Below, in pieces: positions 1 through 11,780 of a stretch of 64,000 nucleotides of DNA (positions are counted from its first letter, which is position 1; every line of letters begins with the position of its first letter). The stretch spans positions 66,071-130,070 of the forward strand of contig MCFE01000205.1 of assembly GCA_002104905.1 (NCBI GenBank), in the 5' to 3' direction. The notes beneath the pieces are model-generated. The model did no database searches. It saw only the letters and a list, made by a program, of their open reading frames with translations, and was not told where the DNA came from. The position numbers were made by a program, and so were the translations under genes. This stretch comes from Basidiobolus meristosporus CBS 931.73. Lineage: Eukaryota; Fungi; Basidiobolomycota.

Positions 1-153
1 CTTGGGACCATCCTACATCTATTTTCTGCGTGTACTGTGCCAAGATCATGTACAGTAAAAATACCACCCTTACATAGAATAAATCAATGGGTGAAAACTA
101 CAAGATCTACTTACTCCCCTATTGCTTCCATTATCTTCAAGACTCTTATGACA
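1..153 (+). mobile_element. 3' part of a Ty1/copia-family LTR (fragment at window edge)
   Basis: cttgggacc...gtgaaaac...caagactcttatgaca aligns by eye with the last ~155 bp of the copia LTR at 35087-35435. Confidence 0.6.
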
Positions 154-544
154 CACCCAATATAACAGCAGAGGATTACTATTCAATTTTGGAATCATAA
201 CAACAGTGTCCAAAGAAAAAGCCCCCAAAAAGCCTAGCACTGCAGGGGAGGGGGTGATTTAGATATAAATACACCAGAGCCTAAAAAGCTAGAGAAATTG
301 AAGAACCATAGAGCAGTTGAGTCCAACTACAAACAGCAAGCCAATATTATAGTGGTGTGACTAATCTAGTATGCTATCACCTTTAAGCCAGTGTATCATT
401 GGATTATTAGAAACTCAAGGCAAGGCAGAATGTGCTTGATCTGTTTCATTGGCATTATTTGCAGTGGGGTAAATCAGACACAGGTGCAGCACCTGAGGAA
501 ATATTATGTGATTTGACTGGCTGGCTCAAAAGTTACATGCAATC

Positions 545-798
545 AAAGTAACTTTAGTTCATAACATTTTAGGCACTGCTTAAATGTGCTGCAATTTGAG
601 ACATGAGTTGACTGCTCAGTGTTCTGCATGATATGATATTCTTGGGTAGATTTGTTACAGAGTTTGAGCTTTTTTCATTTGAAGTTGAAAATTCTTGATC
701 TTTGATTTCTGTGTGACAGTAGCAAAAGGCAAAATAAAGAAATGAGTATAATGTTGGCTTTTGTGATATCATAGTGATGGAATACTTTCATTACCACA
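545..798 (-). mobile_element. Degenerate partial solo LTR of the Ty3/gypsy family at 4581-8396
   Basis: Reverse complement aligns with 7397-~7650 (tgtagtaatggaaagtattcc...catttctttattttgc...); ends in ttaccaca. Confidence 0.6.
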
Positions 799-829
799 AT
801 TCCTCAGTGCCTGTCAGAAGCAGGGCCTA

Positions 830-1900
830 AAGCTCTAAGTTAACAACAAAGAAGTGTTATGTCACAAGAAGAGTGCCTGTAAGGGACAGGTAGGCACAAA
901 TAGGTGCACCAGATCTGCAATAATCAAGGAAAATAGGTAGTTTAATGCAAGGAGTAATCAGCCAAAGTTATAGTAATGACTCAGCAGTGACAAAAACCAG
1001 ATGCATCCTCAGGAACCTATTACAAGCGGGGCTGAAAGTTTAGAACTAATTGCAATGAATTGTCAGGTAGCCAGATGAGTGCCAGTAAGGGACAAGCAGG
1101 CACAAACAGATGTACCACTGTGGCATTTAGTAAACTGTAAATGTAGTAAAATACATGTAGCACTAAGTTAAAGTAGCAGCGAGAGATATGGCAGTAATCA
1201 AGGTAATAGTAAAGGGAAAAGCCTCCCAAAGCTAGAAACACCAAACAATGGGATGAAAGTTGCAGTTCTGACCAACTAATGCTATCTGCCTATAGTATGC
1301 TTAATCCTATATTGGCTGAGAAGAATTACCTCTAGGATAACAACTGCTTTCTCAAGAGTTGGAGGCACAACTTGTTGAGCTACAACTCAGTGAAACAGAT
1401 GAGTTTGCCAAGAAAGGCAATATGCCTACTGCAGTACCCATATCCTCCATTATAGGCAGTGTGGAGGTGTCACTGACAGAAAAAGCTACAACTTCAAGTA
1501 CTCAGCAGACTATTGCAATGCCTACTGTGGAACTCTGGACCATTTATAGGCACATCATGAGGTTGTAAATTTGTTTCAAGAGTGATGCTCAAGTAAACAC
1601 ACTGGAATACTGCAGGAACTCATTGCAAAGATTGGCACATGAGGTACTGTATGTTGCAGAGCATGCTCAAGACAAGGATATATGGGAATCAGTGAATGAA
1701 CAATGGTATAGAGCTGTAGGGTTCAGGCTAAAGCCACAAAAAAGGGTACTTTAGAAGAAATTCTTATAGAATGGGCTTCAAAGTAGTTACCTATTGAGTG
1801 TGAGGCAACCCAGTCCCATTGCCAACAATAACAGAGAATCAGTTGGGCAATAGGTTGCCTTTGCATGCAGTACAACAGATGGCAGCCCCAAGAAATCTGG
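830..1900 (+). repeat. Unidentified dispersed repeat family R, copy 1 (degenerate coding sequence; approximate bounds)
   Basis: ORF 1359-1568 (EAQLVELQLSETDEFAKK...MPTVELW) is homologous to ORF 57604-57882 (-); the gagtgcc...agggacaagcaggc motifs match 23.4-23.7 kb and 57.9-58.4 kb. Confidence 0.5.
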
Positions 1901-2771
1901 ATATAATCTAGAGACAGGATGGTCAGATAGTGTGTATAGAGCACTCAATGTACCAGGTAAAGAATGCAGTATCTAGGCTGCAAACAAGGAATGCATGTAG
2001 CACAATGTTGCCAACCAGAATTGAGCCATTTCCTATGTAACAGTGGAGGAACTTCATACTGTCATTCAACCACATGAAGAGAGACCACAGAGTAACCCAA
2101 CACAGCATGGGATTGAAGGACTGTGATTTTTATATTAAATCCTAAAAATAAAAAAATGGACTTGTTCCATTGTGCTGTGCCAGGGTGCGTGGCGCAATCC
2201 ACGGTCTCAAAGAACAATTGGGCGCAATATTATAGCTACCAGAAGGCAGGATTGTTCTTGGACAATTTTGCACTATGTGGGACAATCTCGCATACTATGG
2301 CACAATCTGACACAATGAGGGTGGTGCGGATGATTGCGCCAACTCGTAATGTTTGCATCACGTGCGCAATTGGACGGTATCTCAGTGGTTAATTGGTCCA
2401 AAGTATCCTGAAGCTGGCACCCCCCAATTGGCTCATTGACTACTGAAAAAGCTACCTGATTTGCCATCAAATATCCCATTTTGCCCTTTGAGCAAGTAAA
2501 TCCCTGATCCTAGTGATTGGACAAGGTGTCATAGCTAGCACGCAAGCAATTGTGTAGGTGCGAAACAGATCCAATAGCTGCACTGGTAGTACAGATGACG
2601 TATATATATGCAGGGTGTTTATTTATAGGGGTTCTGTCTCAAATGTGAGACAACCTTGATATTACTTATATCAAAAATTTGATGATCACTGATTTGCAAT
2701 GGCTCAATTTGGTTTGCAAAAAAAAGGGTTGTTGGGATCATTACAAATGTGAGCAATTCAAAGCAATTGCA

Positions 2772-3800
2772 TCATCTTCTCCTGGGTTTTTTTCTCACAG
2801 GGATTACTACTGAAGCATTTGGTAGTGACTCACTTTGCACAACTATACTACTTCCTGGCTGACTATCATCTTGGCTATTTGTGTATTTGTAGTCAGTATT
2901 TTGCCTCGTAGTTGATGAGTGCAATGCTGCAGCTTGGCCACGCTGAATTGCTCCAACTGAACCAACTGAACCGGCCTGTAGTGCCACATGCTGACGCGTT
3001 CTTTTACTTGCCAAGGGCTCTGGTGGTTGAGGCACTTCATGTTGGTCATCATCAGTCAGTTCACCAGAAGTAACTTGCTGATGGTCAGGCAAGACGGCAC
3101 GCGCAGGCGCGCCTTGACGCGTTGAGATGGCCCTTGGCTGAGTTTGATGTGATGCCACATGTTGATGTGACTTGGTCCGCTCCAATGGACTTGTGTCTAA
3201 ATGAGCAGTTTGGCGAGTTCTTGTAGTTTTGCTTTGAAGCGTGTGCGTTGACCCAACGCGTGTTGACTCAATGCGCGTTGACTTGGCACGGGGCGTTCTG
3301 GTAAAGGGTGTTGGCGTACTCTGGACTGATGTGTGCCAGCGCGCTGTGGTTGCAAGAGATGGTAGGGAATCCAGCGAGGCGTGCTGGCGCAATCTGGATG
3401 ATGTTGCTCGCGGTCTGTATTCTTCCTCCTGAAGCTCACCATCTGATTCCTCAAGGTATTAACTTACCCTCTGTCTGATACTTTGGAGCTGTTGCCTGGA
3501 TGAGTCCTGTGTATATTGCTCTTGGAAGCCACTTAGCTCTACTAATATATCACATAGTACATTAGTCATTTGAGGCAAAAACTCATTCAAAATCTCTTTG
3601 GTTCCCAAAGTTGAGGCACAAACGGACGCGTCCGGCCTGTACTGTGCAAATTGCACGCAAAATTGTTCCTGCGTGGCTTCTTCATCAAATCCCCTCACTC
3701 TCAGCTCATTCTTGATTTCAATACTTGTCTTGTTATATATCTTTTTACATACATTGGCTAGCATCTTGATGTAGAACTCATGCCACAGCTTTCTACTCAA
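2772..3800 (-). pseudogene. PHIS transposon accessory ORF2 (~340 aa, low-complexity S/T/Q/R-rich C-terminal part, basic RKKPRRR tail); one premature stop
   Basis: ORFs 3459-3800 and 2772-3392 are in the same frame, separated by one TAA that reads GAA in copy B (19.53 kb); true start codon not resolved. Confidence 0.65.
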
Positions 3801-4393
3801 ATTCCTCCATCTTTGTCAACTTTCTGAGGTATCTAGTTCTGCTGGATTAATCAGTAGTGCCCAAATATCTGTATGAAGGCTCATCATAGACACTTGGGCC
3901 ATACTAAAATCATCTGGCAAGAACTCAAACGGATCCAACATCGACTTTTCCGGTCTGGACCGCGCTTGTGAGCTGGGGGATGGGCTTTGTCTGGGTTGTA
4001 CTAAAGATGAGTTGAGGCTTGGTATGGGGACTATAGCAACGGATTTGGATACTTATACAGCAGTATATTGGCATCAACCTGGTCTTATATGAAATATATA
4101 TGAAAACTAAAGTGATTGTTGAATTTTCCATATATTATGCATGATGCATCTTGGATCGTGTTGACACGGATCAGATCACATCAATTGCAGATTTCCTATT
4201 TGATTATAGAGCTATGATTAAAGCATCAATAAAAGTACCCAAGCATTGTTTGCGGATGATTTTTGCAACATAATGATGGGATACATGGTAATTGATGGAG
4301 ATTTAACCATAATGTGTTAAAAATCAGATAAATAACGCAGATTGCACCAAATCAATTCAAACCGCCTTCATACAATCATCCATCAATTTTAAT

Positions 4394-4580
4394 ATGACTT
4401 ACTCATCTGAATGGTCTTTTCTCATCAATCCCATCACTACCACTGGATTTCCTTTTGACACACTGGAGGAGATCTATACCAAGTACTGTGGACCATCAAC
4501 CCCAATCTACTCAAGGAGATCCCTTGTTAAGCTTCTCTGCTATTACAAGAACTATTGCCCCACAAGGTTTCATCCCAACA
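4394..4580 (+). pseudogene. N-terminal fragment of PHIS transposase (copy A)
   Basis: MTYSSEWSFLINPITTTGFPFDTLEEIYTKY...TRFHP matches ORF 11207-11602 (-) and 38.9-39.1 kb. Confidence 0.75.
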
Positions 4581-6260
4581 AGTCTCTTTTTGACTATGCT
4601 ACAACACTATGACAATGTCTTTGCATTTAATGATGCACAAAGAGGATGTTTATCCACAGAGTTATTTCCACCGGTTAAGATCCATACCGTTGAACATACA
4701 CCATGGGCACTGAGATCATATCCTATTCCCTCAAGATTACTGAACAAAGTAATTGAAATGCTACAATCAAGATTTCAAAGTGGAGTCATTGAATATAGCT
4801 ATGGACCTTATCGCAATCCCTGGTTTACACCGTTGAAGAAAAATGGAAGTCTACGGTTTATTCAAGACATACAGCATTTGAATAAGGTCACCATCAAAGA
4901 TGCTATGCAACCACCCATACGACATGAGTATATTGAGTCATTTACTGGATATCCTCTGATTACAACATTGGATCTTTATTCAGGATATGACCAAATACTT
5001 CTGGATCCTACCTCAAGAGATTTCACCGCTATGGATACACCAATAGGACTCCTAAGGATGACAAGAATTCCTCAAGGATGGACAAACTCTGTCCAAAATT
5101 ATCAACGTGCAATGATTAGAGTTTTGGATGACTGTTTCCCTGAGATATGCCAACCATTTCTTGATGACATTGCAGTTGAGAATAAGTCCAGAGAAAAAGA
5201 TACATCGCATGTCTTACCTCAAGTAAGAAGACATGTTTATGATCACATATGCACTGTTGAGAGGGTCATGAAGAAACTTCAAGCTTCTGGTCTGACTGTA
5301 TCAGGAGCCAAATGCAAGTTTGGCTACAACAAAGCAATCATTCTAGGTGAACTTGTTACTGAAAAAGGGAGATTGCCTGATCCTGCAAAACTTTCATTGG
5401 CACTGAATTGGAAGCCACCAAGGAATATTCATCAAGTCAGACAATCATTAGGACTTACTGGTCTATTCAGAATCTGGATCAAGAACTATGCTCAAATTGC
5501 TAAGCCACTGACTCAGTTATTACAGAAAAACCAGAAATTTGAATGGCATGAAGAACAGGCAAATGCTATGTTGACATTGCTTGATTCATTATCAAAGCCA
5601 CCTGTCTTAGCAGCTATAGACTACAGTGTTATTGATTCACAACCAATCATTGTATCAGTTGATAGCTCTGGAATTGGGGTTGGTGGAATCATGATTCAAG
5701 TCTCAAAAGATCATCATCGACAACCTTGCAAATATCTTAGTAGACTATTCAAAGGGAATGAGCTTAACTATCCATCTATCAAGAAAGAAGCACTGGGAGT
5801 ACTCTATGTACTCAAAAAGCTACAGCCATACTTATTAGGAGTACATTTCACACTGGAGGTTGATGCCAAGCCATTATTAGGAATGTTGAATAAGTTGGAG
5901 CTTTTGCCTGATCCTATTCTAGCACAGTGGATATCATACATCCAGATCTTTGACTTTACGCTGCAACACATACCAGGAGCCAATCACAAAGGACCTGATG
6001 CCTTATCTAGAAAGCAACCAAATTCACCGTACTCAACTGATGATGATGAGATTGATGAGTTCCTTGAAAACACTAGTCTTGGATTCTCATTCAGACATAT
6101 GATACAAAGCAATTATCAACAAATCAAGGAATTTCTTACATCACTCAAAGTTCCTGCTGATATTCCCACAAATCAACGCACAAATTTTATAAAGAAGGCT
6201 CTGAAGTTTATACTGCATGATGGCACACTTTTCAGAAAAAGCAAACATGGAGTTCCTTGA
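4581..6260 (+). CDS. Ty3/gypsy reverse transcriptase + RNase H (the track ORF starts at 4455, inside the PHIS element)
   Basis: GPYRNPWF, LRFIQDIQHLN, LDLYSGYDQI, RIPQGWTNS, PFLDDIAV, VDSSGIG, KEALGVL, HKGPDALSR. Confidence 0.92.
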   Translation, partial: SLFLTMLQHYDNVFAFNDAQRGCLSTELFPPVKIHTVEHTPWALRSYPIPSRLLNKVIEMLQSRFQSGVIEYSYGPYRNPWFTPLKKNGSLRFIQDIQHLNKVTIKDAMQPPIRHEYIESFTGYPLITTLDLYSGYDQILLDPTSRDFTAMDTPIGLLRMTRIPQGWTNSVQNYQRAMIRVLDDCFPEICQPFLDDIAVENKSREKDTSHVLPQVRRHVYDHICTVERVMKKLQASGLTVSGAKCKFGYNKAIILGELVTEKGRLPDPAKLSLALNWKPPRNIHQVRQSLGLTGLFRIWIKNYAQIAKPLTQLLQKNQKFEWHEEQANAMLTLLDSLSKPPVLAAIDYSVIDSQPIIVSVDSSGIGVGGIMIQVSKDHHRQPCKYLSRLFKGNELNYPSIKKEALGVLYVLKKLQPYLLGVHFTLEVDAKPLLGMLNKLELLPDPILAQWISYIQIFDFTLQHIPGANHKGPDALSRKQPNSPYSTDDDEIDEFLENTSLGFSFRHMIQSNYQQIKEFLTSLKVPADIPTNQRTNFIKKALKFILHDGTLFRKSKHGVP

Positions 6261-6410
6261 CGGTATATACATAACAAGCATGATCAAGAGAAGATCATTC
6301 AAGAATGGCATGAATCTGAATCAGGAGGTCATAAGGGAATTACATCAACATATGCAAAAATCTCTTTACGGTATTTTTGGCCAACACTTTACACCAACAC
6401 AAAAGAATAT

Positions 6411-7238
6411 GTGAAATCATGTATTCCATGTCAAAGAAGAGACAACCAAAAGATGCATGAACCACTTCACAGTATATACACATCTTATGCTTGGCAAATT
6501 GCACATGTAGATATTATACATTTACCAAGGGCAACAGCTGGGTATAAGTATGTGGTGGACTGTTGTGATAACTTTACTGGTTGGATAGAGGCTAGAATGC
6601 TGAAACAAGCCAATGCAAAAGCAGTAGCAAGATTTCTCAAAGAAGATATATATCTCAGACATGGTTCAGTTGGCACCCTTATTGCAGACAATGGAGAATG
6701 TGGATCTTATGAAATACAAGCACTAGCAACAAAGCATGGAACCAAGCTTATACATACTATGCCATACCACCCACAAGCAAATTCACCAGTTGAACGTGGA
6801 CATTCTGCTTTTGCAAACACATTAGCAAAGCTTAGCTATGAGGAACCCAACAAGTGGGCAAATAACTTTCATGCAGCAATTTGGGCTGATAGAGTTACGG
6901 TTAAAAGAAGTACAGGGTATATACCATTTTTTTTAATATATGGACATGAAGCTGTTTTGCCGATAGACATATCTCTTGAGAATTGGCTTACCCTCCCATG
7001 GAAACCAACCATGAAAACATCAGAGCTATTGCTAGCAAGAGTACAACAGATTCAACAAGCACACACTCTGCAACAAAATGCAATAGAAAACCTGAAGAAA
7101 TCTGGAATGACTGGCAGGGAGTACTTTGACGCTCAAAAATGCCTAAGAAAAACATTGCTAGAAGTAGGTGAGTTGATACTACTTCACAACACAAAAAGCC
7201 AAAGAAACAAGGCATCCAAGCTGGATATGCGATGGTAA
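6411..7238 (+). CDS. Ty3/gypsy integrase (zinc-finger remainder + rve core), frameshifted from RT-RNase H
   Basis: CIPCQRR, AHVDIIHLP, LIADNGE, PYHPQANSPVERGH, W..RVTVKRSTGYIPFFLIYG. Confidence 0.92.
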   Translation: MKSCIPCQRRDNQKMHEPLHSIYTSYAWQIAHVDIIHLPRATAGYKYVVDCCDNFTGWIEARMLKQANAKAVARFLKEDIYLRHGSVGTLIADNGECGSYEIQALATKHGTKLIHTMPYHPQANSPVERGHSAFANTLAKLSYEEPNKWANNFHAAIWADRVTVKRSTGYIPFFLIYGHEAVLPIDISLENWLTLPWKPTMKTSELLLARVQQIQQAHTLQQNAIENLKKSGMTGREYFDAQKCLRKTLLEVGELILLHNTKSQRNKASKLDMRW

Positions 7239-7396
7239 GGTCCCTACAAGATCATACATGCAAACAAAAATGGATCTTACAAACTAGCAGAACTTGACGG
7301 TACACCACTTGCACTGACACAACCTGGTAACAGATTGAAGAAGTTCCATATCAGAAGTGATAATGAGGGCAGTATTTCTCAAAGTTAGGGGAGACT

Positions 7397-8396
7397 TGTA
7401 GTAATGGAAAGTATTCCATTACTACAATATCTCTAAACCAATATGGCACTCATTTCTTTATTTTGCTTTTTGCTATTGTAACACACAAGAGAAAGATCAA
7501 GAATTTCCAACTTTGAAGAGCAAATGCTCCAGACCCTGACAAGCAATCCACCTAAGAATATTATGTCATACAGAACACGTAGTAGCCAACACATGTTTCA
7601 AATTACAGCTCATTTGAAGCAGTACTTAAGGAGTTATGACCAAAAGAGTCTAACTATTATATATACTATGCCTTATTGCTAGGATTACTATGGTGACTTT
7701 GATCGCGTGTAACTTTCGAACCAGCCAATTAAATCACGTGATATTTTCACAGGTGCTGCGCCTATGTCCGATCTGCGCCACTGCAAAATTTTAGCTTCGT
7801 ATCACGTGTATTGCTTGCGCAATCGCCCAAAAACTTTGATCCTTCAAAATTTTCATATATATGACTTCCCCAGCTGAAAAATAAAGGGAGAGCCTCTCTT
7901 TCCAGAATCTCCACACTACGGTTACAAGTTTAAAGGTTATAAGACTTCCCCTGCATCACTTGCACTGTTGAGTATTCTGACTTTGATTGGTACTACATCA
8001 GTAAAGAGACTGCAAAGCTCACAAGAATCCAATCTAAGTTCTACAAGAAACTACCACTTTTCTGTCGGAAAAGTCCCCTCTAAGAAGCCCCTTTACTCTA
8101 AAGACACCCCTTTAGACACCCCTTTAGGTCTAAAGACCCCTTTAGATACCCCTTTAGGAAACCCCTTTACTCTAAAGAAGCCCCTTTAGGCACCCCTTTA
8201 GTGTAAAGTCCTCTTTAGAGACTTCTACAAAACACCCCTTTAGGGTAAAGGGGAGGTCAGAATTTCCATATTAGGAAATATTTTCTCAGAAAGGAAAGTG
8301 ACTTCCAAATAAGGAAAAGTTTCTATAAAAGTAAATAAGCCCATTAGTTGACAGAAGGTCAGAACACTGCTGTAGAAGTGATAAACACTGCCTACA
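7397..8396 (+). mobile_element. 3' LTR (~1.0 kb, TGTA...TACA) of the Ty3/gypsy element
   Basis: Follows the PPT; homologous copies at 37798-38418 and 545-798 define its limits. Confidence 0.8.
8088..8253 (+). repeat. Array of CCCCTTTA motifs with interspersed TAAAG complements inside the LTR
   Basis: Nine exact CCCCTTTA plus one CCTCTTTA variant; the last unit is a perfect hairpin CCCCTTTA-GGG-TAAAGGGG. Confidence 0.9.
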
Positions 8397-8563
8397 GTCT
8401 ATTTTGAGCCCAAGATTGAGGAAATTAGTGAAAGTTATATCTTCTATTGGTATATCAAACTCCCAATAAACTATTTCAGTATTAGCATACTGGAAGTTGT
8501 TGTATATTGTTGATTAGCCTCTACATTGTAGAACAAGCCCCAAACTAATCATAATACAACACA

Positions 8564-9269
8564 ACACTTCCCAGTGAGGATTAACAGACCTTCTAGAGGG
8601 CAGAGGCACCTTTATACTGGCAAGTACAAGGCATACTGTGTGAAGTTTCAAGCACTGTCTGACATTGAGGGTAACATCATCTGGTTTAGTGGGCCATTTG
8701 CTGGAAGTAGGCATGACGAAGCACTCTGGGTAGAGAATCATCCTGAATTCAGTAGAGGGGAGAAATGTATGGCAGACTTAGCCTATATAGGAGATGATTG
8801 TCAGAGATTAGGATGTATTACAGCTTATAGGAAGCCAAGGAATGGTGTGCTTAGCAGGAAGCAGAAGCTCTACAATGAGATATTTAATCATTTCAGAGTA
8901 AGGGTAGAGCACACATTTGGATATGTGAAGAGATTCAGCATATTGGCAGGTAAATGCAGAGGAAAGTCATATATAGGAGAAAACAGCAGAATATGTAAAA
9001 TAGTTAAGATACTTATTAATGCACAGTATGTTCATACAAGAAGACAGCCACTGAGAGAAATGTGTCTGGAGCATTATGAAGAGTAAATAAAGCAAGGAAA
9101 GCACTATTCTGAGCAACATAAGTAAGAATGAGTAAAATTACCAGTAACTGTATCATACCACTGGCGTCATGGAAGAAATTATAGTGCCAGATAGTGCCGT
9201 AGGGTGCCAGATTGATCCGGCACTATAAACAGGCTGGCACTATGTGGCACTATCCAACAGAACAAGTCT
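8564..9269 (+). mobile_element. PHIS transposon right part: DDE transposase C-terminus and right TIR
   Basis: Reverse complement of 10554-11250; ends ...ctatccaacagaacaagtct followed by act; subterminal TAGTGCC/GGCACTA repeats. Confidence 0.85.
8574..9086 (+). CDS. DDE transposase core/C-terminus, PIF/Harbinger-IS5 type (partial)
   Basis: YTGKYKAYCVKFQ, GPFAGSRHD, MADLAY, YRKP, YNEIFNHFRVRVEHTFGYVKRF. Confidence 0.9.
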   Translation: MRINRPSRGQRHLYTGKYKAYCVKFQALSDIEGNIIWFSGPFAGSRHDEALWVENHPEFSRGEKCMADLAYIGDDCQRLGCITAYRKPRNGVLSRKQKLYNEIFNHFRVRVEHTFGYVKRFSILAGKCRGKSYIGENSRICKIVKILINAQYVHTRRQPLREMCLEHYEE

Positions 9270-9399
9270 ACTATTGAAGATCCATGAGGCTGTTGAGTGC
9301 AATGAAAAAGAGTGTGCTAATACTAAAGGGGCTGCAAGAAGTCTAGCATGCCATCACCTTAAGGCCAGCATACAAAGGGATCATAAGGAACTTGCCCTA

Positions 9400-9960
9400 T
9401 GAAAATTAGTGTGATGGTCCCAGCAAAAGGCCATTGCATATTTAAGGCCTTGTGACTAAGAGGTATTGATCCCATCAGGATACCATGCACAGACCATCAA
9501 TAATAATTGCATCCTAGATTTCACAAAAAACTTAGTCAATATTTCTCACCATGACAATGTAGAAGTGGCTTTTGATTGGTTCTTTGCCAATTTTCTCACC
9601 TTCTGATCCTGGCTACTCTATCACCTACTATGTTTGTGTGCATTAATTGGCTATTGCTACTCTTTCACATTCTTACTTCCTGACTCAGCTGTGTCTGTTT
9701 CTTTTCATGGGTACAAATTGATTTATTTCCATTGAAACTTCAGTGGTACCTCAATTGTCAATTGTATTTACCTATACAAGTCCCTATACTCTACACTAAC
9801 ACTAAGCTCAACCCTACACTCAACTGGTAACTCCATTAAAGTCCACCACTCAATAAGTATTTCTGCTGTAATGCTCTGGTTGCACAACTTTGGCACAAAC
9901 CCAATGGCTTTATGTCACTGTTCATTCACTGACTGAGAGCCTGAGGACTCTACATTACCA
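9400..9960 (-). repeat. Dispersed repeat family R, copy 2 (approximate bounds)
   Basis: Aligns directly with 57011-57550 (gtgactaagaggtattgatcc, agtggcttttgattggttc, ccaccactcaataagtatttct). Confidence 0.7.
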
Positions 9961-10736
9961 TCTTTAGTGGGCACACTGTCCACAGGACCTGTTTGGGTGA
10001 AGCCCTGCTTGTTGCACTGAATGTCAAAGCAAGCTAATATCCAACTGCTCTGCTGCTGCTGTCAGCAGTGCAGTCTGGTTGGGAGCCAGAAGACTTTGCT
10101 TTATTTTTTGGCAGTATATATCTGGAAGTGAGTCAAACCAAGGGGTAAATGGTGTTACATATATGTGTGTATGTGGGGCTACAACTTTATTCATAATGCT
10201 TGCTATGGCAGGTCATCATTAAATCTCACATTTATGTAGATGCAATGTCTCAAATACAAATTGTCTTAAACTCACATGAGTACTGACAAGAAACTGATAT
10301 AATAGCATCAAGTTGTTGAGTGTTAAGCTGTTTGTACCTGCATGTTTTAACAGTTGCATAGCATTCACATCAGAAAATGCCACCATTGCAAGGTGTCAAA
10401 CTTCCCTGGAATTTCTCACCATTGGCAAAACATTGTTTAGACTCTGGATATATTCTGGCAATACCCCATCTAAACCAGCTTATAAAGTCTGACAAATATT
10501 GTGAAGCTATAAAGTACCACACTCAGTATCAATCAAGCAAAAACACAACCAATAGACTTGTTCCATTGGATAGTGCCACATAGTGCCAGCCTGTTTATAG
10601 TGCCAGATTGATCTGGCACACTACAGCACCATCTGGCATTATAAATTCTACCATAATGCCAGTGATAGGATATAGTTACTGGTAATTTTGTATGATCCTA
10701 CTTATGTTGCTCCAAATAGTGCTTTCTTTGCTGTAC

Positions 10737-11619
10737 TTACTCTTCATAATGTTCCAGGCACATTTCTCTCAGTGGATGTCTTCTTCTATGAATATACTGT
10801 GCATTGATAAGTATCTTAACTATTTTACCTATTCTGCTGTTTTCTCTTATATATGACTTTCCTCTGTATTTACCTGCCAATATGCTGAATCTCTTCCAAT
10901 TTCCAAATGTATGCTCTACCCTCACTCTGAAATGATTAAATATCTCATTGTAGAGCTTCTGCATCCTGCTAAGCACACTATTCCTTAGCTTCCTATACGC
11001 TGTGATACATCCTAATCTCTGACTATCCTCTCATATATAAGCTAAGTCTGCCATACATTTCTCCCCTCTACTGAATTTTGCATGATTCTATACCCAGAGT
11101 GCATTGTCATGCCTACTTCCAGCAAATGGCCACTAAATCAGATGATATTACCCTCAATGTCAGACAGGGCTTGAAACTTCACACAGTGCGCCATGTAATT
11201 GTCAGATTAAAAGTGCCTCTGCCCCCTAGAAAGTTTGTTAATCCTGACTGGGAAGGTAACCAAAATACTTCTTATATGGAACCTGTTTCTGAACACTCTG
11301 GGATATGGAAGTCTATTGAAGATTCTGAACCTAGTATTCCAAGCCTGCTCTAAGTCATTCATACACTCTGAAAGGTTGTTTTCCATTGCTGTCAGCTGGG
11401 ATTGAAAGTTTCTAGGATTTTTGTTGCCATGGATGCTGGGAGGAAACCTTGTTGGGTAATAGTTCTTGTAATAGCAGAGAAGCTTAACAAGGGATCTCCT
11501 TGAGTAGATTGGGGTAGATGGTCCAAAGTATTTGGTATAGATCTCCTCTAGTGTGTCAAAAGGAAATCCAGTGGCAGTGATGGGACTGATGAGAAAAACC
11601 ATTCAGATGAGTAAGTCAT
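10737..11619 (-). pseudogene. PHIS DDE transposase of copy B (full span, frameshifted)
   Basis: Pieces MTYSSEW...SRGQRHF and ...YNEIFNHFRVRVEHTFG...HYEE; homologous to 4394-4580 plus 8574-9086. Confidence 0.85.
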
Positions 11620-11780
11620 ATTAAAATTGGTTGGTGATTGGGCTGGGGTGTATTGATTCTATGCAGCGTGATCTACTTTATTTATCTGACATTCCATGCA
11701 TTATGATAAATCTCCTTCAATTGCCATGTATCCCTTCATTATGTTGTAGAAATCATCCTCAAACAATGACTTAGTATATT

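Larger units (their letters stand above)
2158..4580 (+). mobile_element. PHIS (PIF/Harbinger-related, Pangu-like) DNA transposon copy A, left part: TIR, ORF2 and transposase N-terminus
   Basis: Starts (aat)ggacttgttcc; colinear in inverse orientation with 11.4-11.8, 12.5-12.9 and 19.2-20.95 kb of copy B; broken at ~4580 where gypsy pol begins. Confidence 0.8.
4581..8396 (+). mobile_element. 5'-truncated Ty3/gypsy LTR retrotransposon (RT-RNase H-integrase, PPT, 3' LTR)
   Basis: Pol ORFs 4455-6260 and 6411-7238; purine tract agttaggggagac directly before TGTAGT; LTR ends CCTACA. Confidence 0.92.

Noticed and set aside
4455-4580. N-terminal extension of the 601-aa pol ORF as a genuine fusion protein
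   Set aside because: An out-of-frame read of the PHIS transposase fragment running into the truncated gypsy
7384-7396. GTTAGGGGAGAC, resembling the telomere/LINE junction at 59070
   Set aside because: It is the polypurine tract directly before the gypsy 3' LTR; the similarity is a short purine-rich coincidence
8239-8253. TTTAGGGTAAAGGGG in the gypsy LTR resembles the spacer TTTAGGGTAAGGG at 61098
   Set aside because: Only ~15 low-complexity bases with an indel and no flanking homology; insufficient to claim shared origin
8088-8253. Repeat array as CRISPR-like
   Set aside because: 8-bp units, irregular short spacers, eukaryotic LTR context, no cas genes
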